64,000 nt of DNA, taken from NCBI GenBank assembly GCA_030390025.1, contig CM059432.1, positions 9,424,001 through 9,488,000 on the forward strand, written 5' to 3'. Made by a program: the position numbers and the translations under genes. Source of the stretch: Squalus acanthias (taxonomy: Eukaryota). A model generated the notes under the pieces. That model saw only the letters and a list, made by a program, of their open reading frames with translations, did no database searches and was not told the origin of the DNA. The first letter of the stretch is position 1; each line of letters begins with the position of its first letter. Positions 11,650-25,100 of this stretch are shown here, piece after piece.

Positions 11650-14510
11650 TTGGAGGGACAGAGGAATCAAGGGCTAGATAGTAGTCAACAAGGAGGTTTG
11701 CCTGTACTAAATTGTATATACTTCAATGCAAGGAGTATAGCGAACAAGGCAGATGAGCTGAGGGCACAGGTAGATGCTTGGGAATATGATATTATAGCTA
11801 TTACAGAGATGTGGCTGAAAGAGGGGCAGGTATGGCAGCTCAACATTCCTGGTTACAGGATTTTTAGACGGGATAGAGAGGGAGGTAAAAAGGGAGGGGG
11901 GGTCGTGGTATTGATTAAATAAACTATTACAGCTGTGAGGAGGGATGATATGTTGGAGGGATCATCAAACGAGGCCATATGGGTCGAATTGAAAAACAAA
12001 AAAGGGGCGATCACACTGCTGGGAGTGTACTACAGACCCCCAAACAGTGAGAGGGAGATAGAAGAACAAATATGTCGACAAATTTCTGAGAAGTGCAAAA
12101 ACTATAGGGCAGTAATAGTAGGGGATTTCAACGACCCCAATATTAACTGGGATAAAATTAGTGTGAAGGATATAGAAAGTGCGGAATTCCTAAAATGCAT
12201 CCAGGAGAACTTTTTTAGCCAGTATGTAGCAAGCCCAACAAGGGAGGGGGCAGTTCTGGACTTAGTTTTATGGAATGAAGCTGGGCAGGTAGAAGGCGTA
12301 TCAGTGGGGGAGCATTTTGGTGCTAGTGACAACAATTCTGTTAGATTTAAGGTAGTTATGGAAAAGGACAAGGATAGACCAGGAATAAAAATTCTAAATT
12401 GGGGAAAAGCAAATTTTGCTAAGCTCAGAGGGGATTTAGCCATAGTGGACTGGAAACAGCTACTTGAAGGTAAATCAGTGTCAGAGCAGTGGGAGGCATT
12501 CAAGGAGGAGATCCGGAGGGTTCAGACCAAACATGTGCCCTTAAAGAAAAAAGGTGGGACTAACAAATCTAGAGCCCCCTGGATGTCTAGGGACATACAG
12601 GGTAGGATAAAGAAAAAAAGGGAGGCGTATGACAGATACCGAGGGCTAAATACTCCAGAATCTTTAGAGGAGTACAGAAAGTGCAGGGGTGCAATTAAAA
12701 ATGGTATTAGGAAAGCAAAGAGAGAGCATGAAAAATTCTTGGCAAGTAAAATCAAGGAAAACCCAAAGATGTTTTATAAATATATTAAGAGTAAGAAGAT
12801 AACTAAAGAAAGGGTAGGGCCTATTAGAGATCATGAGGGTAATCTGTGTGTGGAGGCGGGAGACGTCGGTAGGGTTCTCAATGAATACTTTGCGTCTGTT
12901 TTCACAAAGGAGAGGGGTGAAGCAGACATTGCTATCAGGGGGGAGGAGTGTGAAATATTAGATGAAATAAACATAGTGAGGGAGGAAGTATTAAGGGGTT
13001 TAGCAGCTTTAAAAGTGGATAAATCCCCAGGCCCAGATGAAATATATCCCAGGCTGTTAAGCAAAGCAAAAGAGGAAATAGCAGAGGCCCTGACCATCAT
13101 TTTTCAATCCTCTCTGGCTTCAGGTGTGGTGCCAGAGGACTGGAGGACTGCTAATGTGGTACCCTTGTTTAAAAAGGGAGAAAAGGATAGACCGAGTAAT
13201 TACAGGCCAGTCAGCCTAACCTCGGTGGTGGGAAAACTATTGGAAAGAATTCTGAAGGACAGGATAAATCTTCATTTAGAAAGACACGGATTAATCGAGG
13301 ATAGTCAGCACAGATTTGTTAAGGGAAGGTCATTTCTGACAAACTTGATTGAATTTTTTGAGGAGGTAACAAGGAGGGTAGATGAGGGTAGTGCGATTGA
13401 AGTAGTGTATATGGACTTTAGCAAGGCTTTTGATAAGGTTCCACATGGCAGACTGGTCACGAAGTTAAAAGCCCATGGGATCAGGGCAAAGTGCCAAGTT
13501 GGATTCAAAACTGGCTCGGAGACAGGAAGCAGAGGGTAATGGTTGATGGGTGTTTTTGTGACTGGAAGGCTGTTTCGAGTGGGGTTCCGCAGGGCTCAGT
13601 ACTAGGTCCCTTGCTTTTTGTGGTATATGTCAATGATCTAGACTTGAATATAGGGGGTATGATTAAGAAGTTTGCAGATGATACTAAAATCGGCTGTGTG
13701 GTTGATACTGAAGAAGGAAGCTGTAGACTGCAGGAAGATATCAATAAATTGGTCAGGTGGGCAGAACAGTGGCAAATGAAATTCAATCCGGAGAAGTGTG
13801 AGGTAATGCATTTGGGGAGGGCTAACAAGGAAAGGGAATACACATTAAGTGGTAGGACACTGAGTAGTGTAGAGGAACAAAGGGACCTTGGAGTGCATGT
13901 CCACAGATCCCTGAATGTAGCAGGCCAGGTGGATAAGGTGGTTAAGAAGGCATACGGAATGCTTGCCTTTATTAGCCATGGCATAGAATACAAGAGCAGG
14001 GGGGTTATGCTTCAACTGTATAAAACACTAGTTAGGCCTCAGCTAGAGTACTGTGTGCAGTTCTGGTCACCACATTACAGGAAAGATGTGATTGCACTCG
14101 AGAGGGTACAGAGGAGATTTACAAGGATGTTGCCAGGAGTAGAGAATCTTAGCTATGAGGAAAGACTGGATAGGCTGGGTCTGTTTTCCTTGGAACAGAG
14201 GAGGCTGAGGGGAGACCTTATTGAGGTGTATAAAATTATGAGGGGCCTAGATAAAGTGGATAGAAAGGACCTATTCCCCTTAGCAGAGGGGTCAAAAACC
14301 AGAGGGCACAGATTTAAAGTAATTGGAGGAAGGTTTAGAGGAGATTTGAGGGGAAATTTCTTCACCCAGAGGTTTGTGGGGATCTGGAACTCACTGCCTG
14401 AAAGGGTGGTAGAGGCAGGAACCCTAACCACATTTAAAAAGTACTTGGATGTGCACTTGGGATTCTCTAACCTGCAGGGCTACGGACCAAGAGCTGGGAA
14501 GTGGGATTAG
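11650..14510 (+). pseudogene. CR1 ORF2 (APE endonuclease and reverse transcriptase)
   Basis: YFNARS, YYRPP, GDFN, DFSKAFD, PQGSVLGP and FADD motifs; stop at 11920 and frameshift near 13490. Confidence 0.93.
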
Positions 14511-15027
14511 GATTGATAGCTCTTTGTTGGCCGGCGCGGACACGATGGGCCGAAATGGCCTCCTTCCGTGCTGTAACTTTCTATGATTCTATGAATATAT
14601 TTACGAAGGAGATAGATAGATTTCTAGACACAAAAGGCATCCAAGGGTATGGGGAGAGAGTGGGAATATGGTATTGAGATGGAGGATCAGCCATGATCAT
14701 ATTGAATGGCGGAGCAGGCTCGAAGGGCCGAATGGGTAGAACAAAGCATAGAACAACAAAAGGCCAGTTAGACCATCAAGCCTGCTTCTTCCATTGATCA
14801 TATATAGTCTATTCTATCACAGTCTCAAGCCCACTCACTGAATCTTTTGAGGGAATGTGCTCCATGATCCCCTAACAAAGCCTGATCTCATCCTTGCCCA
14901 ACATCCATGCATTCTTTTCCAACAGGGGTCAACATTCCTCTCCCTGACCAGGGTACCAAAACTGTATTACCACTATCTGAAAGCAACTAACACAGCAGAG
15001 ATCAGGGAACTAATCTGAGACCTCCTA

Positions 15028-15375
15028 GTCATAGAATCATAGAATCATAGAATGGTTACAGGACAAAAGCAGGTCATTTGGCCCGTCAAGCCCGTGCCAG
15101 CTCTCTGCAAGAGCACTTCAGCTAGTCACACCCCCACCTGCCATCCCCCCCACCCGCCCTTTTCCCGTAGCCCTGCAATTTTTTTTTCCTTCAGGTACTT
15201 ATCCAATTCCCTTTTGAAAGCCACGATTGAGTCTGCCTCCACCACCCTTTCAGGCAGCGCATTCCAGATCCTAACCACTCGCTGCGTAAAAAAAAGTTTT
15301 TCCTCATGTCGCTTTTGGTTCTTCTGCCAATCACCTTAAATCTGTGTCCGCTGGCTCTCGACCCTTCCGCCAATG
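15028..15375 (-). mobile_element. CR1 3' tail fragment abutting the Penelope element
   Basis: (ATTCTATG)n tail; near-identical to 6059-6424. Confidence 0.88.
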
Positions 15376-17753
15376 GACAGCAGACCAGCTACGAGACACC
15401 GCCAAACAGACGAGGCAACGGAACTATGCTTCCTACATGCGCATCAAGAACAGGAAGCTTGAGAAACTCGGCATCACCACCAGCTGCAACCAAGCCTCCC
15501 CCGGTACCACGGTTGCAACCACAGGGAAGTCCATCGTCAACCTGTCGGACCACACCCTTCAACCAGATGAAATCGAAGTTCTCGCCCTAGGGCTCAAGTT
15601 CTGCCCCACCACCAAAATGGACCCCATTGGTCTCGCGGCAGACACAGAGGAATTCATCAGGAGAATGAGGATCCGGGAATTCTACCACAAATCCCAAGAT
15701 GTCAGCAACAAACCCAATGAGACAATCAATGATCTGGAACAGCAGACAGAGGGAACCGCAGTGCTACAACCGAGGAAGAAAGAGTCAAATTGGACCCCTC
15801 CGGAGGGTCGCTGCCCTAAGCTTGACATGTATGCTCAAGCTGTCAGGAAATGCATCAATGCCAGATTCATCAGCCGCACTCACAAGACAGTCCAGAATGT
15901 CACCCGAGCACAACGCAACGCCATCCACGCTCTCAAGACCAACCGCAACATCGTCATCAAACCAACGGACAAAGGAGGAGCCATCGTCATACAGAACAGA
16001 ATGGACTATTGCAAAGAAGCATACCGACAACTGGACAACCAGGAACACTACAGACAGCTACCCGCAGATCCGACCAAAGAACACAACCGCCAACTCAATA
16101 GACTGATCAAGACCTTCGATCCAGACCTTCAAAACATCCTACGCGCTCTCATCCCACGTACTCCCCGCGTAGGAGACTTTTACTGCCTCCCAAAGATACA
16201 CAAAGCCAACACACCCGGACGTCCTATCGTATCAGGCAACGGAACCCTGTGTGAGAACCTCTCTGGGTACGTCGAGGGCATCCTGAAACCCATCGTACAG
16301 GGAACCCCCAGCTTCTGTCGCGACACTACAGACTTCTTGCAGAAACTCAGCACCCATGGACCAGTTGAACCAGGAACACTCCTCGCCACGATGGACGTAT
16401 CGGCACTCTATACCAATATCCCCCATGATGACGGCATCGCTGCGACAGCCTCAGTACTCAACACCAACAACAGCCAATCTCCAGACGCCATCCTACAACT
16501 CATCCGCTTCATCCTTGACCACAATGTCTTCACCTTCGACAACCAGTTTTTTACCCAAACACACGGAACAGCCATGGGGACCAAATTCGCACCCCAATAC
16601 GCCAAGATCTTCATGCACAAGTTCGAGCAAGACTTCTTCGCTGCACAGGACCTCCAACCAACGCTGTACACCAGATACATCGACGACGTCTTCTTCCTTT
16701 GGACCCACGGCGAAGGATCACTGAAAGGACTACACGATAGCATCAACAGGTTCCATCCCACCATCAAACTCACCATGGACTACTCCTCAGAATCGGTTTC
16801 ATTCTTGGACACACGAATCTCCATCAAAGACGGACGCCTCAGCACTTCACTCTACCGCAAGCCCACGGACAACCTCACGATGCTCCACTTCTCCAGCCTC
16901 CACCCTAACCACGTTAAAGAAGCCATCCCCTATGGACAAGCCCTGCGAATACACAGGATCTGCTCAGACGAGGAGGAACGCGATGGACACCTACGGACAC
17001 TGAAAGACGCCCTCGTAAGAACGGGATATGACGCTCGACTCATTGATCGACAGTTCCGACGGACCACAGCGAAAAACCGCATAGACCTCCTCAGAAGATG
17101 AACACGGGACACAACCACCCTATGTCGTCCAGTACTTCTCCGGAGCGGAGAAACTACGCCATGTTCTTCGCAGCCTTCAACATGTCATCGATGACGACGA
17201 ACACCTTGCTAAGGCCATCCCCACGCCTCCACTACTCGCCTTCAAGCAGCCGCCTAACCTCAAAAGTACCATCGTTCGCAGCAAATTACCCAGCTGTCAG
17301 GAGAACAGCGACCACGACACCACACAACCCTGCCACTGCAACCTCTGCAAGACATGCCAGATCATGGACACAGATACCGTCATCACACGTGAGGACACCA
17401 CCCACCAGGTACATGGTGCATACTCATGTGACTCGGCCAACGTTGTCTACCTGATACGTTGCAGTAAAGGATGCCCCAGAGCATGGTACATCGGCGAGAC
17501 CATGCAGACACTGCGACAACGTATGAACGGACACCGCGCAACAATTGCCAGGCAGGATGGTTGCCTCCCAGTCGGGGAACACTTCAGCAGTCAAGGGCAT
17601 TCAGCCTCGGATCTGCGGGTTAGCGTTCTCCAAGGCGGCCTTCGGGATACACGACAACGCAAAATCATCGAGCAGAAACTGATAGCCAAGTTCCGCACTC
17701 ATGAGGACGGCCTCAATCGGGATATCGGGTTCATGTCACGCTACAGAACGTGA
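15376..17753 (+). pseudogene. Penelope RT/GIY-YIG polyprotein, disrupted at about 17100 (TGA plus indel)
   Basis: ORFs 15344-17101 and 17364-17753 of the track are two parts of one protein. Confidence 0.9.
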
Positions 17754-17998
17754 CTTGACATCGTTGCCAGTCTTTCCAGCTTTTTAAAAAAACAAACACA
17801 AGAAACAAACACAAGAAACAAACCCAAATGGAGAGGATATGCAGCCAGCAGGTGTTTTGACACGTTGGACCCCCTGGGACACATCTCATTGTCTTGGCTG
17901 TGCTCTTAGTGTGTCTTTGATGTAGGGAAAGATTGAATCTCTGCATTTTCTCTGTGTTTATATTCTGTGAATTCTGGTAGATCCTCTCACAGTAACTC

Positions 17999-18036
17999 TA
18001 CCTGAAGAAGGGGCAGGATAGCTCCGAAAGCTTGTA
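17999..18036 (+). ncRNA. Minimal type I hammerhead ribozyme motif (Penelope family 1 pLTR)
   Basis: TAC CTGAAGA A GGGGC-AGGATA-GCTCC GAAA GC TT GTA: core CUGANGA/GAAA, stem I TAC/GTA, stem II, palindromic AGCT. Confidence 0.75.
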
Positions 18037-19144
18037 ATTTTAAATAAATCTGTTGGACTATAACCTGGTGTTGTGCGACTTCTCGTTTTTGTCCACCCCA
18101 GTCCAACGCCGGCATCTCCGCATCATAACTCAGTAGCTCATTGATTAATGTCAATAACCCTCCAGATTGATATTGATAGACCCCATGATAGACATTCAAA
18201 CTTACTTACCTACAATGTGTTGTTGCTCACAGGTGATGAGGAATTTGGCTGCAGAGCTTTCTGCCTTTAAGACGCTAGGATCTGATGGACCGTTAACCAA
18301 GAGAAATGCTACATTTACACATTCATACAGATACATTTTTTTATATGGAATTTACAGCACAGAAACAGGCCATTGGGCCCAACTGGTCTATCTCGCACCC
18401 TACAGCATCTCATCCTATCAGCAGACACGTCAGGTTTAATTCATAAAATAGAAATTGTATAGGAACTACGCCTTTCCAAAAAAAAAACAGGAGCTTCGCT
18501 TTTACTGTTCACCATTTAAACGGTGCTATTTATTCATTTTTATTTTATATTGCAAATAAGTAATCTATTCTAAAATCGTTGAAAGCGGGTATCCTGTATC
18601 AAGCTCAAACGCCGATGTGATTTCAGACTGAAGCAGAAAGCCAGGTGCAATTGTATCTGCCTGGCATTAAGATGAAGGGAATCATTCCTTCTGATGAGCA
18701 CAACACAGGCTGGAATTGTAAATTGAGTATGCAGCAGTCAAGGTTTGTTTTCTTTTGAAAACGTGAGGAATGGCGACCAGAGATTGCAGGATTTAGTGAG
18801 AATCCTTCCTCCCAGTTTAACGATTGTATCAAGCGTATAACTTTTGCGGAAAAAATATTTTAATACGTTTGGACTCCGTTTAATGGGTGCAGCAGAATTA
18901 AATAAATAGTTATAGCTGATAAGGCATGTCAGTGCATCGATATAGCTAATTTCTCATTCGTCCTATCTGTCTATAGACACTACACTTGGGCTCGAAATTC
19001 GGTATCGCTCTGGTTGGGGCGCTAAATTTTAAAAAGTTGGAGAATTAGCGCCAGGCGCTAATCCTTCTGACCTCCCGCTAAATTGATTGTTAGAACTCCA
19101 AGAAAGAACTGGAGCGCTAAATCAAGCGCTAATCACCTAACTTA

Positions 19145-22100
19145 GGACGCTACACACAGAGAGCGGGGCGCTACACACAGAGAGCCGGGCACTACACAGA
19201 GAGAGAGCGGGGCACTACACACAGAGAGAGCGGGGCGCTACACACAGAGAGAGCGGGGCGTTACACACAGAGAGCGGGCACTACACACAGAGAGCGGGGC
19301 GCTACACACAGAGAGCCGGGCACTACACACAGAGAGAGCGGGGCGCTACACACAGAGAGAGCGGGGCGCTACACACAGAGAGAGCGGGGCGCTACACACA
19401 AAGAGAGCGGGGCGCTACACACAGAGAGCGGGGCGCTACACACAGAGAGAGCGGGGCGCTACACACAGAGAGCGGGGCGCTACACACAGAGAGCGGGGCG
19501 CTACACACACAGAGAGCGGGGCGCTACACACAGAGAGCGGGGCGCTACACACAGAGAGAGCGGGGCGCTACACACAGAGAGCGGGGCGCTACACACACAG
19601 AGAGAGCGGGGCGCTACACACAGAGAGAGAGCGGGGCGCTACACACAGAGAGCGGGGCGCTACACACAGAGAGCGGGGCGCTACACACAGAGAGCGGGGC
19701 GCTACACACAGAGAGAGTGGGGCGCTACACACAGAGAGCGGGGCGCTACACACACAGAGAGAGCGGGGCGCTACACACAGAGAGTGGGGCGCTACACACA
19801 GAGAGCGGGGCGCTACACACAGAGAGCGGGGCGCTACACACAGAGAGCGGGGCGCTACACACAGAGAGAGCGGGGCGCTACACACACAGAGCGTGGCGTT
19901 ACACACACAGAGAGAGCGGGGCGCTACACACAGAGAGCGGGGCACTACACACACAGAGAGCAGGGCACTACACACAGAGAGAGCGGGGCGCTACACACAC
20001 AGAGAGCGGGGTGCTACACACAGAGAGAGCGGGGCGCTACACACAGAGAGCGGGGCGCTACACACAGAGAGAGCGGGACGCTACACACACAGAGCGTGGC
20101 GCTACACACAGAGAGCGGGGCACTACACACACAGAGAGCAGGGCACTACACACAGAGAGAGCGGGGCGCTACACACAGAGAGCGGGGCGCTACACACAGA
20201 GAGCGGGGTGCTACACACACAGAGAGAGCGGGGCGCTACACACAGAGAGCGGGGCGCTACACACACAGAGAGCGGAGCGCTACACACAGAGAGCGGGGCG
20301 CTACACACAGAGAGCGGGGCGCTACACACACAGAGAGAGCGGGGCGCTACACACACAGAGAGAGCGGGGCGCTACACACACAGAGAGCGGGGCGCTACAC
20401 ACACAGAGAGCGGGGCGCTACACACAGAGAGCGGGGCGCTACACACAGAGAGAGCGGAGCGCTACACACAGAGAGCGGGGTGCTACACACAGAGAGCGGA
20501 GCGCTACACACAGAGAGAGCGGGGCGCTACACACAGAGAGCGGGGCCCTACACACAGAGAGCGGGGCGCTACACACAGAGAGAGCGGGGCGCTACACACA
20601 GAGAGCGGAGCGCTACACACAGAGAGCGGGGTGCTACACACAGAGAGCGGGGCGCTACACACAGAGAGAGCGGGGCGCTACACACAGAGAGCGGGGCGCT
20701 ACACACAGAGAGCAGGGCGCTACACACAGAGAGAGCGGGGCGCTACACACAGAGAGAGCGGGGCACTACACACACAGAGAGCGGGCGCTACACACAGAGA
20801 GCGGGGCGCTACACACAGAGAGAGCGGGGCGCTACACACAGAGAGAGCGGGGCACTACACACACAGAGAGCGGGCGCTACACACAGAGAGCGGGGCGCTA
20901 CACACAGAGAGAGCGGGGCGCTACACACAGAGAGAGCGGGGCACTACACACACAGAGAGCGGGCGCTACACACAGAGAGAGCGGGGCGCTACACACACAG
21001 AGAGCGGGCGCTACACACAGAGAGCAGGGCGCTACACACAGAGAGCGGGGCGCTACACACAGAGAGAGCGGGGCGCTACACACACAGAGAGAGAGCGGGG
21101 CGCTACACACAGAGAGAGCGGGGCGCTACACACAGAGAGAGAGAGAGCGGGGCGCTACACACAGAGAGAGCGGGGCGCTACACACAGAGAGAGCGGGGCG
21201 CTACACACAGAGAGCGGGACGCTACACACAGAGAGAGCGGGGCGCTACACACAGAGAGAGCAGGGCACTACACACAGAGAGAGCAGGGCACTACACACAG
21301 AGAGAGCGGGGCGCTACACACACAGAGAGCGGGGCGCTACACACACAGAGAGCGGGACGCTACACACAGAGAGAGCGGGGCGCTACACACACAGAGAGCG
21401 GGACGCTACACACAGAGAGAGCGGGGCGCTACACACAGAGAGCGGGGCGCTACACACACAGAGAGCGGGACGCTACACACAGAGAGAGCGGGGCGCTACA
21501 CACAGACAGCGGGGGCGATACACACACAGAGAGAGCGGGGCGCTACACACAGAGAGAGCGGGGCGCTACACACAGAGAGAGCGGGGCGCTACACACAGAG
21601 AGCAGGGCGCTACACACACAGAGAGAGCGGGGCGCTACACACACAGAGAGCGGGGCCCTACACACAGAGAGCGGGGCGCTACACACAGAGAGCGGGGTGC
21701 TACACACAGAGAGCGGGGTGCTACACACAGAGAGCGGGGCGCTACACACAGAGAGCGGGGCGCTACACACAGAGAGAGAGCGGGGCGCTACACACAGAGA
21801 GAGCGGGGCGCTACACACACAGAGAGCGGGGCGCTACACACAGAGAGAGAGCGGGGCGCTACACACAGAGAGAGCGGGGCCCTACACACAGAGAGAGCGG
21901 GGCGCTACACACAGAGAGCGGGGCGCTACACACAGAGAGCCGGGCGCTACACACAGAGAGCGGGGCGCTACACACAGAGAGAGCGGGGCACTACACACAG
22001 AGAGAGAGAGCGGGGCGCTACACACAGAGAGCCGGGCACTACAAACAGAGAGAGAGAGCGGGGCGCTACACACAGAGAGCCGGGCACTACACGCAGAGAG

Positions 22101-25100
22101 AGCGGGGCGCTACACACACAGAGAGAGCGGGGCGCTACACACAGAGAGAGCGGGGTGCTACACACACAGAGAGAGCGGGGCGCTACACACAGAGAGAGCG
22201 GGGTGCTACACACACAGAGCGCGGGGCGCTACACACACAGAGAGCGGGGCGCTACACACAGAGAGCGGGGCCCTACACAAAGAGAGAGCGGGCGCTACAC
22301 ACAGAGAGAGCGGGGCGCTACACACACAGAGCGCGGGGCGCGACACACAGAGAGTGGGGCGTTACACACAGAGAGTGGGGCGTTACACACAGAGAGAGCG
22401 GGGCGCTACACACACAGAGCGCGGGGCGCTACACACAGAGAGCGGGGCGCTACACACAGAGAGAGCGGGGCGGTACACACAAAGAGCGGGGCGCTACACA
22501 CAGAGAGCGGGGCGCTACACACACAGAGCGCGGGGCGCTACACACAGAGAGCGGGGCGCTACACACACAGAGAGCGGGGCGCTACACACAGAGAGAGCGG
22601 GGCGCTACACACACAGAGAGCGGGGCGCTACACACAGAGAGCGGGGCGCTACACACAGAGCGCGGGGCGCTACACACAAAGAGCGGGGCGCTACACACAG
22701 AGAGCGGGGCGCTACACACAGAGAGCGGGGCGCTACACACAGAGAGAGCGGGGCGCTACACACAGAGAGCGGGGCGCTACACACAGAGAGCGGGGCGCTA
22801 CACACACAGAGAGAGAGCGGGGCGATACACACAGAGAGCGGGGCGCTACACACAGAGAGAGCGGGGCGCTACACACAGAGAGAGCGGGGCGCTACACACA
22901 GAGAGAGCGGGGCGCTACACACACAGAGAGCGGGGCACTACACACACAGAGAGCGGGCGCTACACACAGAGAGCGGGGCGCTACACACAGAGAGAGCGGG
23001 GCGCTACACACAGAGAGCGGGGCGCTACACACAGAGAGCGGGGCGCTACACACACAGAGAGAGCGGGGCGCTACACACAGAGAGAGCGGGGCGCTACACA
23101 CAGAGAGAGCGGGGCGCTACACACACAGAGAGCGGGGCGCTACACACAGAGAGAGCGGGGCGCTACACACACAGAGAGCGGGGCGCTACACACAGAGAGC
23201 GGGGCGCTACACACAGAGAGCGGGGCGCTACACACAGAGAGAGCGGGGCGCTACACACACAGAGAGCGGGGCGCTACACACAGAGAGAGCGGGGCGCTAC
23301 ACACAGAGAGAGCGGGGCCCTACACACAGAGAGAGCGGGGCGCTACACACAGAGAGCGGGGCGCTACACACAGAGAGAGCGGGGCCCTACACACAGAGAG
23401 CGGGGCGCTACACACAGAGAGAGCGGGGCGCTACACACAGAGAGCGGGGCGCTACACACAGAGAGAGCGGGGCGCTACACACAGAGAGCGGGGCGCTACA
23501 CACAGAGAGAGCGGGGCGCTACACACAGAGAGAGCGGGGCGCTACACACAGAGAGAGCGGGGCGCTACACACAGAGAGAGCGGGGCGCTACACACAGAGA
23601 GAGCGGGGCCCTACACACAGAGAGAGCGGGGCGCTACACACAGATAGCGGGGCGCTACACACAGAGAGAGCGGGGCCCTACACACAGAGAGAGCGGGGCC
23701 CTACACACAGAGAGAGCGGGGCGCTACACACAGAGAGCGGGGCCCTACACACAGAGAGAGCGGGGCCCTACACACAGAGAGAGCGGGGCCCTACACACAG
23801 AGAGAGCGGGGCGCTACACACAGAGAGCGGGGCGCTACACACAGAGAGAGCGGGGCGCTACACACACAGAGAGAGCGGGGCACTACACACAGAGAGCGGG
23901 GCGCTACACACACAGAGAGCGGGGCACTACACACAGAAAGCGGGGCGCTACACACACACACAGAGAGCGGGGCCCTACACACAGGGAGAGCGGGGCCCTA
24001 CACACAAAGAGCGGGGCGCTACACACAGAGAGCGGGGCGCTACACACACAGAGAGCGGGGCGCTACACACAGAGAGCGGGGCGCTACACACAGAGAGAGC
24101 GGGGCGCTACACACAGAGAGAGCGGGGCGCTACACACAGAGAGAGAGCGGGGCGCTACACACAGAGAGAGCGGGGCACTACACACAGAGAGAGCGGGGCG
24201 CTACACACAGAGAGAGCGGGGCGCTACACACAGAGAGAGAGCGGGGCGCTACACACAGAGAGAGCGGGGCGCTACACACAGAGAGAGAGCGGGGCGCTAC
24301 ACACAGAGAGAGCGGGGCGCTACACACAGAGAGAGAGCGGGGCGCTACACACAGAGAGAGCGGGGCGCTACACACAGAGAGAGCGGGGCGCTACACAGAG
24401 AGAGCGGGACGCTACACACAGAGAGAGCGGGGCGCTACACACACAGAGAGAGAGCGGGGCGCTACACACAGAGAGCGGGGCGCTACACACAGAGAGAGCG
24501 GGGCGCTACACACAGAGAGCGGGGCGCTACACGCAGAGAGCGGGGTGCTACACACAGAGAGCGGGGCGCTACACACACAGAGAGCGGGGCACTACACACA
24601 CAGAGAGCGGGGCGCTACATACAGAGAGAGCGGGGCGCTACACACACAGAGAGCGGGGCGCTACACACACAGAGAGCGGGGCGCTACACAGAGAGAGCGG
24701 GGCGCTACACACAGAGAGCGGGGCGCTACACACAGAGAGCAGGGCGCTACACACACAGAGAGCGGGGCACTACACACACAGAGAGCGGGGCGCTACACAC
24801 AGAGAGAGCGGGGCGCTACACACAGAGAGCGGGGCGCTACACGCAGAGAGCGGGGTGCTACACACACAGAGAGAGCGGGGCGCTACACACACAGAGAGCG
24901 GGGCGCTACACACACAGAGAGCGGGGCGCTACACACACAGAGAGCGGGGCGCTACACACAGAGACAGAGCGGGGCGCTACACACAGAGAGCGGGGCGCTA
25001 CACGCAGAGAGCGGGGCCCTACACAAAGAGAGAGCGGGGCGCTACACACAGAGAGCGGGGCCCTACACAAAGAGAGAGCGGGGCGCTACACACAGAGAGA

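Larger units (their letters stand above)
10147..14593 (+). mobile_element. Near full-length CR1 LINE (5' UTR, ORF1, ORF2, TTCTATGA tail)
   Basis: Two ORFs with few lesions; inserted into another CR1 with tga shared at both junctions. Confidence 0.95.
15376..18126 (+). mobile_element. Penelope-like retroelement family 1 (5'-truncated): RT, GIY-YIG endonuclease and terminal pLTR
   Basis: KPTDKGG, LPKIHK, RPIVS, DVSALYTNI, GTAMG, RYIDD; then NVVYLIRC...YIGET...LRQRMNGH; pLTR with hammerhead at about 17990-18126. Confidence 0.92.

Noticed and set aside
12102..14431. Antisense ORFs over CR1 ORF2 (and similar ones over the Penelope RT)
   Set aside because: These are shadow frames of the real coding strand with no motifs.
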